From an uncultured Clostridia bacterium (GTDB taxonomy: Bacteria > Bacillota > Clostridia > Peptostreptococcales > Anaerovoracaceae): 64,000 nt of DNA. Under the pieces are notes generated by a model that had not been told where the DNA came from, ran no database searches, and was given only the letters and a program-made list of their open reading frames with translations. The position numbers and the translations under genes are program-made. Within the stretch, counting starts at the first letter, position 1, and each line of letters begins with the position of its first letter. Positions 56,303-64,000 of the stretch are shown in pieces. Location: assembly GCA_938045615.1 (NCBI GenBank), contig CALIBC010000178.1, positions 162,481 to 226,480 of the forward strand. Direction: 5' to 3'.

Positions 56303-56331
56303 ATGATATCATGTGGAAGTTGATTTTTCAA
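56303..56331 (-). promoter_or_regulatory. Candidate promoter of tRNA-Arg
   Basis: On the minus strand: -35 TTGAAA, a 17-bp spacer and -10 TATCAT. The -10 ends 13 nt before the tRNA 5' end. Confidence 0.5.
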
Positions 56332-56388
56332 ACAGAAATTTGTAAAATGGTAGCGTTAAGATTTTGGATAGACAAGCGGGATATAAAA

Positions 56389-57258
56389 ATGAAAAAAAAG
56401 ATACTGATAGTGTTGGTTATCTTGACGCTGGCCACGCCGACCCTGTGGTCGATTTTCGGACCGGGACGCATGTGGACAAACAGGATGCTTGACGCTGTCG
56501 AAGAAGACAACATGACAAAGATGGAAAGTCTGCTCAAGGATGCGCGATATGTAAATCAGCCGGGCGGAGTCTTTTTCCCGTTGAATTTGTTTCCGGAGTG
56601 GGACAATGAGACTCCCCTTGAGCTTGCTATCGAAAGAGGCAACAATAAAGCCATAAGATTGCTTCTCAAACACGGCGCATTGCCCACAAACGAGAGAATC
56701 AATCCCATAGGAGCGTTGCTGGAGTCCGGCGTGTACAACGAAGAAACGGTAAAGAGCGTATATATGATGCTCAAAAGTGGGGCACAGCCGGACAGCAATC
56801 GCGATAAAGCGCATATATATTCGGCTTTGCTTGACATAGCGCTGATGGATTGCGTGGAGAGAAATAAACACAGCGTGGAATTGGAAAAGAGAATAACGAA
56901 GTTGTACAGGCACGTGGAAAGGTATTGCAAAGACAAATCGCCTATTTACTATATTGACAACAGCAATGCATTGCATTTTGCAAGTTACAAACTGAACAGG
57001 ACACTGATAAAGTATTTGATAGACAACAATAGGTATGCGGTAAATGCAAGGGATGATTATGGATCGACCGCGCTTATGGCGGCGTTTGCCTTTGAAAATG
57101 AAACGCCCGTAAGCAAGAAAGATATAAAAGCTGTTGTGGATGTGCTTCTGAAAGCCGGTGCAAACCGTATGATAAAAGACAGGGACGGTAGAACAGCCGT
57201 TGAAAGAGCTGAAGCGGAAGGATTTGCGGATGTTCTGGGTAGCGAGGAGGAAAGATGA
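56389..57258 (+). CDS. Ankyrin-repeat protein with N-terminal signal/anchor sequence
   Basis: MKKKILIVLVILTLATPTLWS followed by several ANK repeats (TPLELAIERGNNKAIRLLLKHGA; GSTALMAA ... VDVLLKAGAN; DGRTAVERAEAEG). The start was set at ATG 56389. Confidence 0.8.
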   Translation: MKKKILIVLVILTLATPTLWSIFGPGRMWTNRMLDAVEEDNMTKMESLLKDARYVNQPGGVFFPLNLFPEWDNETPLELAIERGNNKAIRLLLKHGALPTNERINPIGALLESGVYNEETVKSVYMMLKSGAQPDSNRDKAHIYSALLDIALMDCVERNKHSVELEKRITKLYRHVERYCKDKSPIYYIDNSNALHFASYKLNRTLIKYLIDNNRYAVNARDDYGSTALMAAFAFENETPVSKKDIKAVVDVLLKAGANRMIKDRDGRTAVERAEAEGFADVLGSEEER

Positions 57259-58610
57259 AAATAATTATTGCCGGTATCGGTAATATAGGGGCAGGGCTTG
57301 CCGGCAGACTGCTTAACGAGGGACATGATATCGTACTGGTCGACAGAGATATAGACAGGCTTGAGTACAATGAGGAAACACAGGATGTAATGACGGTAAA
57401 AGGTACATGCGCCGCAATGGAAACTTTGAGAAAAGCCGGTGTTGAGGATGCGGATCTTTTGATAACGGCAACATCTTCGGACGAGAAAAATCTTTTGAGC
57501 TGTATGACGGCGCACGGAATGAATCCCAATATAAAAACGGTGGCAAGGGTTAGGATGCAGGAATATCTGGAAACAACAAGCGTGTTTGGAGAGAAATTCG
57601 GGCTTTCGATGATAATAGATCCAGGTATGTATGCGGCAAAGGATATAGAAGCGATACTGACCTATCCCGGATTTTTGCACAGGGAGAGATTCACGAAAGG
57701 GATGACGGATGTGGTGGAGGCTGAGCTGCATCCGGAAAGCGAGTTGTGCGGAAAACCTGTGAGTGCGATTCAGGAAATCACAGGCTCGGGAGCTCTTGTA
57801 TGTGTTGTGAAGCGCGGAGATACGGCAATAACACCGGGTCGTGATTTCATACTACGAGAAAAAGATCGAATATATGTGACCGCTGAAGAGGAGGACTTGA
57901 GCACATTGCTCAGGCTGTTCGGAAAGAAGAAAGAAACGGTCGAGAAAGTCATGATCGTCGGTGGAGGCAGGATCGCAAAAGGCCTGATCCCTCGCCTTCA
58001 GAAAGAGGGGATGGAGATCATAGTCATAGACACGGATAAAGAGATCTGTGAGGAGCTTGCGATGGAATTTCCGAAAGTGAATATCGTCCACGGGGACGGG
58101 CGAAAGTTTGCTCTTTTGGAGAGGAAAAACGTCAGAGAGCAGGATGCGCTCATTTGCCTTACAAATGACGATGAAAGCAATGCCGTACTGGCCACATTTG
58201 CGAATTTAGTCAAGGTTCCTTTGAGTGTGATTAAGCTTAAAGACATAAACTATGCGGCGCTTTTGAACAAGATCGACAACGTGAGCGTCATAAATCCGAA
58301 TCAGCTATGCGGCGATGTGATTGTTCGATTTGTAAGGGCTTTGATAGGGAGAAGTTCGGCGGCCGTGTCGGTGAGATCCATTGCCGACGGGAATGCGCAG
58401 ATTGCGGAATTTGTAGTGGGCAGTGGAATGAAGCATTGCGGTGAGCAGCTGAAAAACATAAAGTTCAAAAAGAACGTGATCCTTGCCTCCATAAACAGGC
58501 GCGGCAAAAACATTTTACCGGACGGCGAATCCATGTTTTTGCAGGGAGACAGGGTTCTTGCGGTTTTCTCGCGGGATGATATTAAAAAATTTGATGACTT
58601 GTTCCGATGA
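57255..58610 (+). CDS. trkA: Trk system potassium uptake protein TrkA (two RCK/NAD-binding modules)
   Basis: MKIIIAGIGNIGAGLA and a second IVGGGRIAKGL Rossmann motif. ATGA overlap with the ankyrin gene. Confidence 0.9.
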   Translation: MKIIIAGIGNIGAGLAGRLLNEGHDIVLVDRDIDRLEYNEETQDVMTVKGTCAAMETLRKAGVEDADLLITATSSDEKNLLSCMTAHGMNPNIKTVARVRMQEYLETTSVFGEKFGLSMIIDPGMYAAKDIEAILTYPGFLHRERFTKGMTDVVEAELHPESELCGKPVSAIQEITGSGALVCVVKRGDTAITPGRDFILREKDRIYVTAEEEDLSTLLRLFGKKKETVEKVMIVGGGRIAKGLIPRLQKEGMEIIVIDTDKEICEELAMEFPKVNIVHGDGRKFALLERKNVREQDALICLTNDDESNAVLATFANLVKVPLSVIKLKDINYAALLNKIDNVSVINPNQLCGDVIVRFVRALIGRSSAAVSVRSIADGNAQIAEFVVGSGMKHCGEQLKNIKFKKNVILASINRRGKNILPDGESMFLQGDRVLAVFSRDDIKKFDDLFR

Positions 58611-58631
58611 GAACCGCAAAGGAGATAGTCA

Positions 58632-60101
58632 ATGAATAAAAAAAGATTGATACGCATCTTGGGGACGGTTGTGCTTGTGGAGTGTGCCGCAATGTTGCCC
58701 GCCCTTGGGATTTCAATGTACACCAGAGACGGTGCGGCAATAAAAGGTTTTCTGATTACAATGGTACTGATGTTGATACTGGCCTCTACGATGCTCATGT
58801 ACTCCAGAAGAGCAGGACGCCGCATGAATACGTGGGAAGATGTTGTCTGCACAGGACTTTGCTGGCTGGAACTCAGTTTTCTGGGGGCTTTGCCTTTGTT
58901 CATATCCGGTCAGGTGCCCGGTTTTGTAGATAGTCTGTTTGAGATTACATCGGGATTTACCACAACGGGGGCATCCGTTGTATCCGATGTTGAGAAACTC
59001 GGAAAGGGAATATTGTTTTGGCGTAGTTTCAGTCACTGGTTGGGAGGAATGGGAGTTTTGGCCTTCTTCCTAGCCGTACTGCCCGCAAAGGGGAACGACA
59101 ACGGATATTCCATAGATTTGCTACGCTCTGAAAGTCCGGGCCCGATGGTAAACAAAATCGTTCCGAGGCTGAAAAAATCGTCGGAGATTCTGTATTTGAT
59201 TTATATAGTGCTTACGGTTTTGAATATCGCATTTTTGCTCGTGGCGGGGATGCCGATGTTTGATGCATTTTGCATAGCATTCGGAACCGCCGGAACCGGA
59301 GGATTTTCGATTCTGAATACGGGGCTTGCCACCTACAGCGTATTTGCGCAGAATGTGACCACGGTTTTCATGATATTGTTCGGGATAAACTTTACTCTTT
59401 TTTATCTGATGCTGACAAGGCGCTTCAAAGAGGTGCTCAAAGATGAGGAAGTCAGACTTTACATCGGAATTATACTGCTAAGCATAGTTTTGATAACGGT
59501 GAATATGCTCGGAAAAACACAGGACACTTCAACTCTTGGCGAGACGATCAAAAATGCGGCATTCACGGTGGGGAGCGTAATAAGCACCACGGGGTATTCA
59601 ACCACTGACTTCAACACATGGAACAGCCTGTCCAAAGCGATTCTTCTTCTTCTGATGATATTGGGTGCATGTGCAGGTAGCACCGGAGGAGGCCTGAAAG
59701 TATCACGACTGCTTGTTTTGTACAAGGCGCACAGGAGGACAATGCACAGCAGACTTTATCCGGATGAGGTGAAAGTGATAAAGCTCAACGGTGATCGGCT
59801 TGGCGAACGAACCGTGGGTAGTGTGGAGTCATATTTGGTAATATATTTTATAATAGTTGCGGTGTCATTTGTCCTGATCTCCGCAGACCCGGCCAATTAT
59901 TCACTTGAAACCAACCTGTCTGCGGTGCTTGCGACATTTAACAATATAGGCCCCGGCTTTGGAAGTGTGGGGCCTATGGCGAACTTTGGGGATTACAGCG
60001 TACTGTCTAAGCTGGTGATGACGCTTGACATGCTGCTTGGACGATTGGAAATATACCCAATACTGGCGCTTTTCACCATAAAAGCACTGAAAGGGAAATG
60101 A
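58632..60101 (+). CDS. trkH: TrkH/KtrB family potassium transporter membrane subunit
   Basis: Polytopic protein with repeated selectivity-filter-like motifs (TSGFTTTGAS, GTAGTGGFS, ISTTGYS, GSTGGGLKV). Confidence 0.9.
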   Translation: MNKKRLIRILGTVVLVECAAMLPALGISMYTRDGAAIKGFLITMVLMLILASTMLMYSRRAGRRMNTWEDVVCTGLCWLELSFLGALPLFISGQVPGFVDSLFEITSGFTTTGASVVSDVEKLGKGILFWRSFSHWLGGMGVLAFFLAVLPAKGNDNGYSIDLLRSESPGPMVNKIVPRLKKSSEILYLIYIVLTVLNIAFLLVAGMPMFDAFCIAFGTAGTGGFSILNTGLATYSVFAQNVTTVFMILFGINFTLFYLMLTRRFKEVLKDEEVRLYIGIILLSIVLITVNMLGKTQDTSTLGETIKNAAFTVGSVISTTGYSTTDFNTWNSLSKAILLLLMILGACAGSTGGGLKVSRLLVLYKAHRRTMHSRLYPDEVKVIKLNGDRLGERTVGSVESYLVIYFIIVAVSFVLISADPANYSLETNLSAVLATFNNIGPGFGSVGPMANFGDYSVLSKLVMTLDMLLGRLEIYPILALFTIKALKGK

Positions 60102-60829
60102 TAGAAATGAAAGATATGATTGCATCTTCCATCAGAAATATATACGCAAGATACGATGCCTTATTGACCGTAACCGCCGTTTTTGCTCTTGTGACTACGG
60201 TTCTTTTGACGGTAATATGCTTTGATTCACTGAAGGTGGAAAAAGGCATACAAAATTATATCGCAAACGGACTTAACGCCCGGCAGTCGACGAGGCTATC
60301 TGCGCTTGAGGAGCAGGCGGGACTTCCGGCGACGGCTGAGATAAGAGCGGCGATCAACAGTTACCAAACAAACGTGGAGGCCGAGAAACAGAGGTGGCTT
60401 GCCGATCAAGAAAGGCGCATGGCAAAGCTAAGAGAGAAGAACCGGGCAAAGGCGGAAAAAGAGAGGATAAAGAAAGAGGCGGAAAAAAACACCAAACGGA
60501 CGTACAAGGGGAGTTGGTCGGGGATGCGGATCTCAAAATCAAGAGGCAGCATCATGGGGCCCTCTGGCAGAGAAACCTATTACAATCTGAACATGTCATC
60601 ATGTGTGAGCACAATGCGGGGAAAAGGATTTTCGGAAAAGAAATACCCGTATATGGTAAGAAACGACGGAGTCAAAACCCTTGGGGGATATGTGATGGTT
60701 GCCGCCAATTTATCGATAAGGCCAAAGGGCTCTTTCATAATGACGTCGGTGGGAATAGGGATCGTTGTGGATACGGGAGGTTTTGCATCGCGCAATCCCA
60801 CACAGCTTGACATCGCAACAAACTGGTAA
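60098..60829 (+). CDS. Membrane-anchored protein with Lys/Glu-rich coiled coil and C-terminal 3D (MltA-like double-psi beta-barrel) domain candidate
   Basis: ATGA overlap with trkH. The C-terminus ETYYNLNM ... GYVMVAAN ... GIGIVVDTGGFASRNPTQLDIA resembles 3D-domain proteins (from memory). Confidence 0.5.
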   Translation: MIEMKDMIASSIRNIYARYDALLTVTAVFALVTTVLLTVICFDSLKVEKGIQNYIANGLNARQSTRLSALEEQAGLPATAEIRAAINSYQTNVEAEKQRWLADQERRMAKLREKNRAKAEKERIKKEAEKNTKRTYKGSWSGMRISKSRGSIMGPSGRETYYNLNMSSCVSTMRGKGFSEKKYPYMVRNDGVKTLGGYVMVAANLSIRPKGSFIMTSVGIGIVVDTGGFASRNPTQLDIATNW

Positions 60830-60919
60830 GGCCGTCGGTCGAATGTAAAAATTCGAGTAAGGCAAAAGATATTGAACCGAAAGATGCGAACGAGGCGAAA
60901 GAGACCGGAATATATCTGA

Positions 60920-62362
60920 TCAGGTCTGCCGTGGTTTTTCAGATAAATCGCTTTTGGCAGTTTCAATACCGTCTTTATCTTCTTTTAAGGCCTTCAGGAT
61001 CCGGGAGTGGGTTTCTCTTGTTATAGGGTATTTATATATTGGATAGATTGCCGCAAGCAGAAATAGAACCGGAATGAAAGTTGTGCAGTTGAAAATGCCT
61101 TCAAGAGCACGCTCGCTTTGAGTGAGCTTATCGCTTTGAAATTCGTATATGGACAAGAGCAAGCCCAGAAGCTGGGCGCCCACACCGCCGGCGACAGCTT
61201 CAACCAGCCCCTGAAATGAAAGTATGCTGCCTTGACGACTTTTTCCGCTGACCATTCTGTCATAATCGCACACATCGTAATATATCGAGGGTATCAGTTG
61301 CCAGTATATGGAGGTGCACAGAGAAACGAAGAGAACGTAAAGGCACAGCTGAGGGAATGTATCGACTCCTGTGAAGCGAATCAAAAACATCCCACATGCG
61401 GCGATGAAATAAAAAAAGATAAGCGTGGCGCGTTTATCTATTTTTTTCGAGAGTTTGCCGACGACAGGTATGAAAAAAAGTCCCATCACCGCCCTGCTCA
61501 GCAGCGCAAGGGAAAGTTTGTCCGCATCAAGACCGCGATTGTAGGTCAGGAAATATACCATGTCGCTCATGATCATGGTGTAGGCGATCAACGAAAAAAC
61601 ACTTGCGATAACCAGATATTTCATAGGCTGCAATTTTGCGATATCCAGATATTCCCGAAATATCTCTTTCGGGCGGATGTCCCGGATATGAGGGATTTGC
61701 GTCTTTTCCTGCGGAGGATCCTTCTCTTTTGAGGTTATTACGGTCACCACGATGCTGGCTGTGGCAAGAAGACCGGTACAAGCCCCGACCGCAGACCAAG
61801 AGAGGTTTGTTGAAAATCCAAGAGACCTCAGTGCTTTAACCAGTAGGAGAGGCATGGTCATTGTCATCACCACACCGATACTGTTGAAGGCTGATGCGTA
61901 GAGGCGCAAGGTGGTTCTTTCCCTGTAATCCCGGGTGTATCCGGTGCCGAGCGCCAAGTAGGGGACAAAAAATCCGGTGTAACTTGTCCATAGAAGCATA
62001 AGAACAAGACCATAGTAAACAGGTTTAAGAAAGCCTGCGATGGGCAGATTGGTGAATGCCAAGAACATTGAAATCGCAAGAGGAATCGAAAAAAATAGAA
62101 TCATTGGGCGTCTTCTGCCGAAGCGAGAGTGGATTTTGTCCGACAAAAACCCGACGATTGGATTGATGAATGCATTCCAGACCGCTCCCGCCGCAAGAAT
62201 GCTCCCGGCGATGAAAGGTTTTATGCCGGCTATCGTGGTTAAAAAGAACATCAAAAAAGAGCCTATCATCGTGTAGGCAAGAGCATCGCCGATGGAGCCA
62301 CTGCCATAACCCAAATGCTCCTTGATGGCAAGGGTTTGATTTTCCACGCTTTCTCTTTTCAT
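60920..62362 (-). CDS. MFS transporter, GPH (glycoside-pentoside-hexuronide:cation symporter) family
   Basis: N-terminus KEHLGYGSGSIGDALAYTMIGSFLMFFLT ... LSDKIHSRFGRRRP (the GPH D-x-x-x-x-RFGRRRP motif) and 12 TM-like segments. Confidence 0.8.
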   Translation of the reverse strand: MKRESVENQTLAIKEHLGYGSGSIGDALAYTMIGSFLMFFLTTIAGIKPFIAGSILAAGAVWNAFINPIVGFLSDKIHSRFGRRRPMILFFSIPLAISMFLAFTNLPIAGFLKPVYYGLVLMLLWTSYTGFFVPYLALGTGYTRDYRERTTLRLYASAFNSIGVVMTMTMPLLLVKALRSLGFSTNLSWSAVGACTGLLATASIVVTVITSKEKDPPQEKTQIPHIRDIRPKEIFREYLDIAKLQPMKYLVIASVFSLIAYTMIMSDMVYFLTYNRGLDADKLSLALLSRAVMGLFFIPVVGKLSKKIDKRATLIFFYFIAACGMFLIRFTGVDTFPQLCLYVLFVSLCTSIYWQLIPSIYYDVCDYDRMVSGKSRQGSILSFQGLVEAVAGGVGAQLLGLLLSIYEFQSDKLTQSERALEGIFNCTTFIPVLFLLAAIYPIYKYPITRETHSRILKALKEDKDGIETAKSDLSEKPRQT

Positions 62363-62383
62363 CTGTCTTACTCCGGATTACGG

Positions 62384-63034
62384 TTATTTGACTTTGAATT
62401 TCGGCTTGCGGCGCTGCTCCGGGGGGATGTGACCATCGTGATTCCATTCCAGTATGGTTGCTTTGTTTTCATTGAGGTCAACCTCGACAACACTGTATCC
62501 CGCATTGGAAAGAGGGCGATCCCAGATCTCATCTATGCTTATGCCCGCAATGGCAAGTAGGATCGTGGAAAGGCACACCATGTGTGCGACTATAAGCACG
62601 GTATTGCCGGGATTTTTTTTCGCGATTTCCCAAAAGGCTGCCGTGGCGCGAGCCTGTACATCACGGAACGTTTCGCCGTTTTGTATTCGGACTTCAGTGG
62701 GTTTGTATGTCCAGATATCGTGTTGCCCGGGGAACTTTTCTTCAATTTCACGGGCGGTCAGTCCCTCCCAGTCTCCTGCATTCTGTTCATGTAGCTCGTT
62801 TTCTATGGTTAGATCTATGCCGTGCCCATCTATGATGATCTGTGCTGTTTCAACGGCTCGTTTCAGGGGGCTTGCATAGGCGGCATCCATACGCACCTTG
62901 CGCAGCGCTTGTTTTGCATAATTTGCTTGGGTTTTTCCAAGTTCGTTGAGCGGAATGTCTGTCATTCCCTGAAATTTTCGCGCTTTGTTCCAGTCGGTTT
63001 CTCCGTGTCTTACGAGAATTACTTTGGTTTTCAA
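62384..63034 (-). CDS. Histidine phosphatase family protein (phosphoglycerate mutase-like)
   Basis: LVRHGETDWN catalytic motif and IVAHMV (second His). Apparent TTG start after AAAGGA. Confidence 0.85.
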   Translation of the reverse strand: MKTKVILVRHGETDWNKARKFQGMTDIPLNELGKTQANYAKQALRKVRMDAAYASPLKRAVETAQIIIDGHGIDLTIENELHEQNAGDWEGLTAREIEEKFPGQHDIWTYKPTEVRIQNGETFRDVQARATAAFWEIAKKNPGNTVLIVAHMVCLSTILLAIAGISIDEIWDRPLSNAGYSVVEVDLNENKATILEWNHDGHIPPEQRRKPKFKVK

Positions 63035-63201
63035 GTTAGATCCTTTCGTTTTATCGTTTTATAAAAAAAAATAAGTTAGGCATACGCTACCAATCCACTC
63101 GGCAGTTCCGTTTCCCCTGTTTCCCCCCGGATCCGGCGATTCTGTTTCCCCGGATTCCAAAGAAGGGGTTACAACTTCGGATTTGCTTAAGTTTCTCTGA
63201 A

Positions 63202-64000
63202 TCACTCCTTGACCAAAGTTTCATGGGTTTGAACGGTGACGGTGGTATACGGTGCGATCGATTCCGTCAAAAAAGCGTTACCGCCTATTATTGCGCCTTT
63301 CCCTATGACCGTGTCACCTCCGAGGATAGTGGCGCCGGAATACAGCGTCACGTCGTCTTCTATGGTCGGGTGGCGCTTACTACCGCGGAGTTTCTGCCCT
63401 TCCTTTGTCGAAAGAGCACCGATCGTAACTCCTTGATAAACCTTGACGTGTTCGCCGATCACGGAGGTCGATCCGATGACTATTCCTGTGGCATGATCAA
63501 TAAAGAAGTATTTGCCTATGCTTGCCCCCGGATGTATGTCGACTCCTGTGTGCCTGTGCGCATACTCTGTCATCATGCGCGGTATAAGAGGAACGCGAAG
63601 CAGGTAGAGTTCATGCGCAAAGCGGTATATGGTAATGGCCAAAAGTCCCGGGTATGCGAGGATTATCTCATCTTTACTGCTCGCCGCAGGATCCCCGTCG
63701 TACGTCGCCTGTATGTCGGTATTGAGGTACTCGCGTATCCTGGGGATGGTCGAGAAAAATTTAAGACATATCCGCTGTGCAGCGCGTTTCCTTATATACT
63801 TTGGGGTTTTGCGGAACTTTTTATCATACAAAAGGGCAACTTGAATTTGTTTTCTCAAATCATAGATGACATCCTCGATCAAAACGTTGAGTTTGGAATG
63901 GGTGTTCCTAGTACGATAAAGCTTTTCGCGGTAATAGCCGGGGTACAGGATCATCAGAAGTTCAGAAATGATTTTTTTGACGACTTCCTGATCCGGCTGT
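63202..64000 (-). CDS. cysE: Serine O-acetyltransferase (long form), N-terminus beyond the window
   Basis: Hexapeptide-repeat C-terminus (GVDIHPGASIG ... IGSTSVIGEHVKVYQGVTIG ... RHPTIEDDVTLYSGATILGG) and SATase N-domain features. The frame stays open to the window edge. Confidence 0.85.
   Translation of the reverse strand, partial: QPDQEVVKKIISELLMILYPGYYREKLYRTRNTHSKLNVLIEDVIYDLRKQIQVALLYDKKFRKTPKYIRKRAAQRICLKFFSTIPRIREYLNTDIQATYDGDPAASSKDEIILAYPGLLAITIYRFAHELYLLRVPLIPRMMTEYAHRHTGVDIHPGASIGKYFFIDHATGIVIGSTSVIGEHVKVYQGVTIGALSTKEGQKLRGSKRHPTIEDDVTLYSGATILGGDTVIGKGAIIGGNAFLTESIAPYTTVTVQTHETLVKE

Noticed and set aside
56290-56388. A c-di-AMP (ydaO-type) riboswitch or other leader upstream of the ankyrin-trkA-trkH genes. 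Also the longer ORF start at 56311.
   Set aside because: The 100-bp interval is occupied by the divergent tRNA-Arg promoter and shows none of the ydaO conserved blocks. The 26 residues upstream of MKKKILIV lack an RBS and precede a canonical signal sequence.
1-64000. Search by eye for CRISPR arrays, rRNA genes, IS elements or transposases, integrases, prophage genes and direct repeats of the tRNA-Arg 3' end that would mark an integrated element.
   Set aside because: None found. The AT-rich islets have no recombinase genes. I could find no copy of the tRNA 3' segment elsewhere in the window. This was a manual scan only, so short or degenerate att repeats could have been missed.

Overview
This window looks like an origin-proximal chromosomal segment of a Firmicute, most consistent with an anaerobic member of the Clostridia (Lachnospiraceae-like). 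That placement is an inference from gene order and content only. The supporting blocks are yidC-jag-mnmE-mnmG-rsmG-parA-parB with a perfect parS, a GdpP-like gene followed by rplI and dnaB, and rpsF-ssb-rpsR. Further support comes from rubredoxin plus an Hrb-like flavorubredoxin reductase, a folate-dependent histidine-utilisation cluster (hutH-hutU-hutI plus separate cyclodeaminase and formimidoyltransferase genes), purA/purB, trkA/trkH and a butyryl-CoA:acetate CoA-transferase-like gene. I can support about 65 protein genes and one tRNA-Arg(CCU). I found no rRNA, no CRISPR array, and no recognisable transposase, integrase or phage structural gene. Most of the window is housekeeping. Small, visibly AT-richer accessory islets interrupt it. 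The islets are: (1) a helicase IV-like SF1 helicase with an inserted nuclease-like module (31.6-34.2 kb). (2) A decayed DUF4411/ImmA-type two-gene module (36.46-37.2 kb). (3) A membrane-anchored chaperone-like gene split at an A7 tract (39.4-40.0 kb). (4) An islet with gene fragments and two tandem 157-aa membrane-anchored paralogues whose 3' ends and downstream DNA are identical over 94 bp (52.9-54.5 kb). Other points worth follow-up are a DnaD-domain protein fused to a helicase-loader-type N-terminal Zn module without an ATPase domain, directly after dnaB; a four-gene MBOAT/SGNH/DHHW/DUF4358 envelope O-acylation module; an exported ankyrin-repeat protein translationally coupled to trkA; and several unexplained structured or periodic non-coding elements (8.6-8.8 kb, 30.5 kb, 47.1-47.25 kb, 63.1 kb). 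I do not see one complete, compelling novel multi-gene system. The candidates above are ranked by interest score. All family calls rest on motif recognition by eye and from memory, because no BLAST, HMM or folding could be run.
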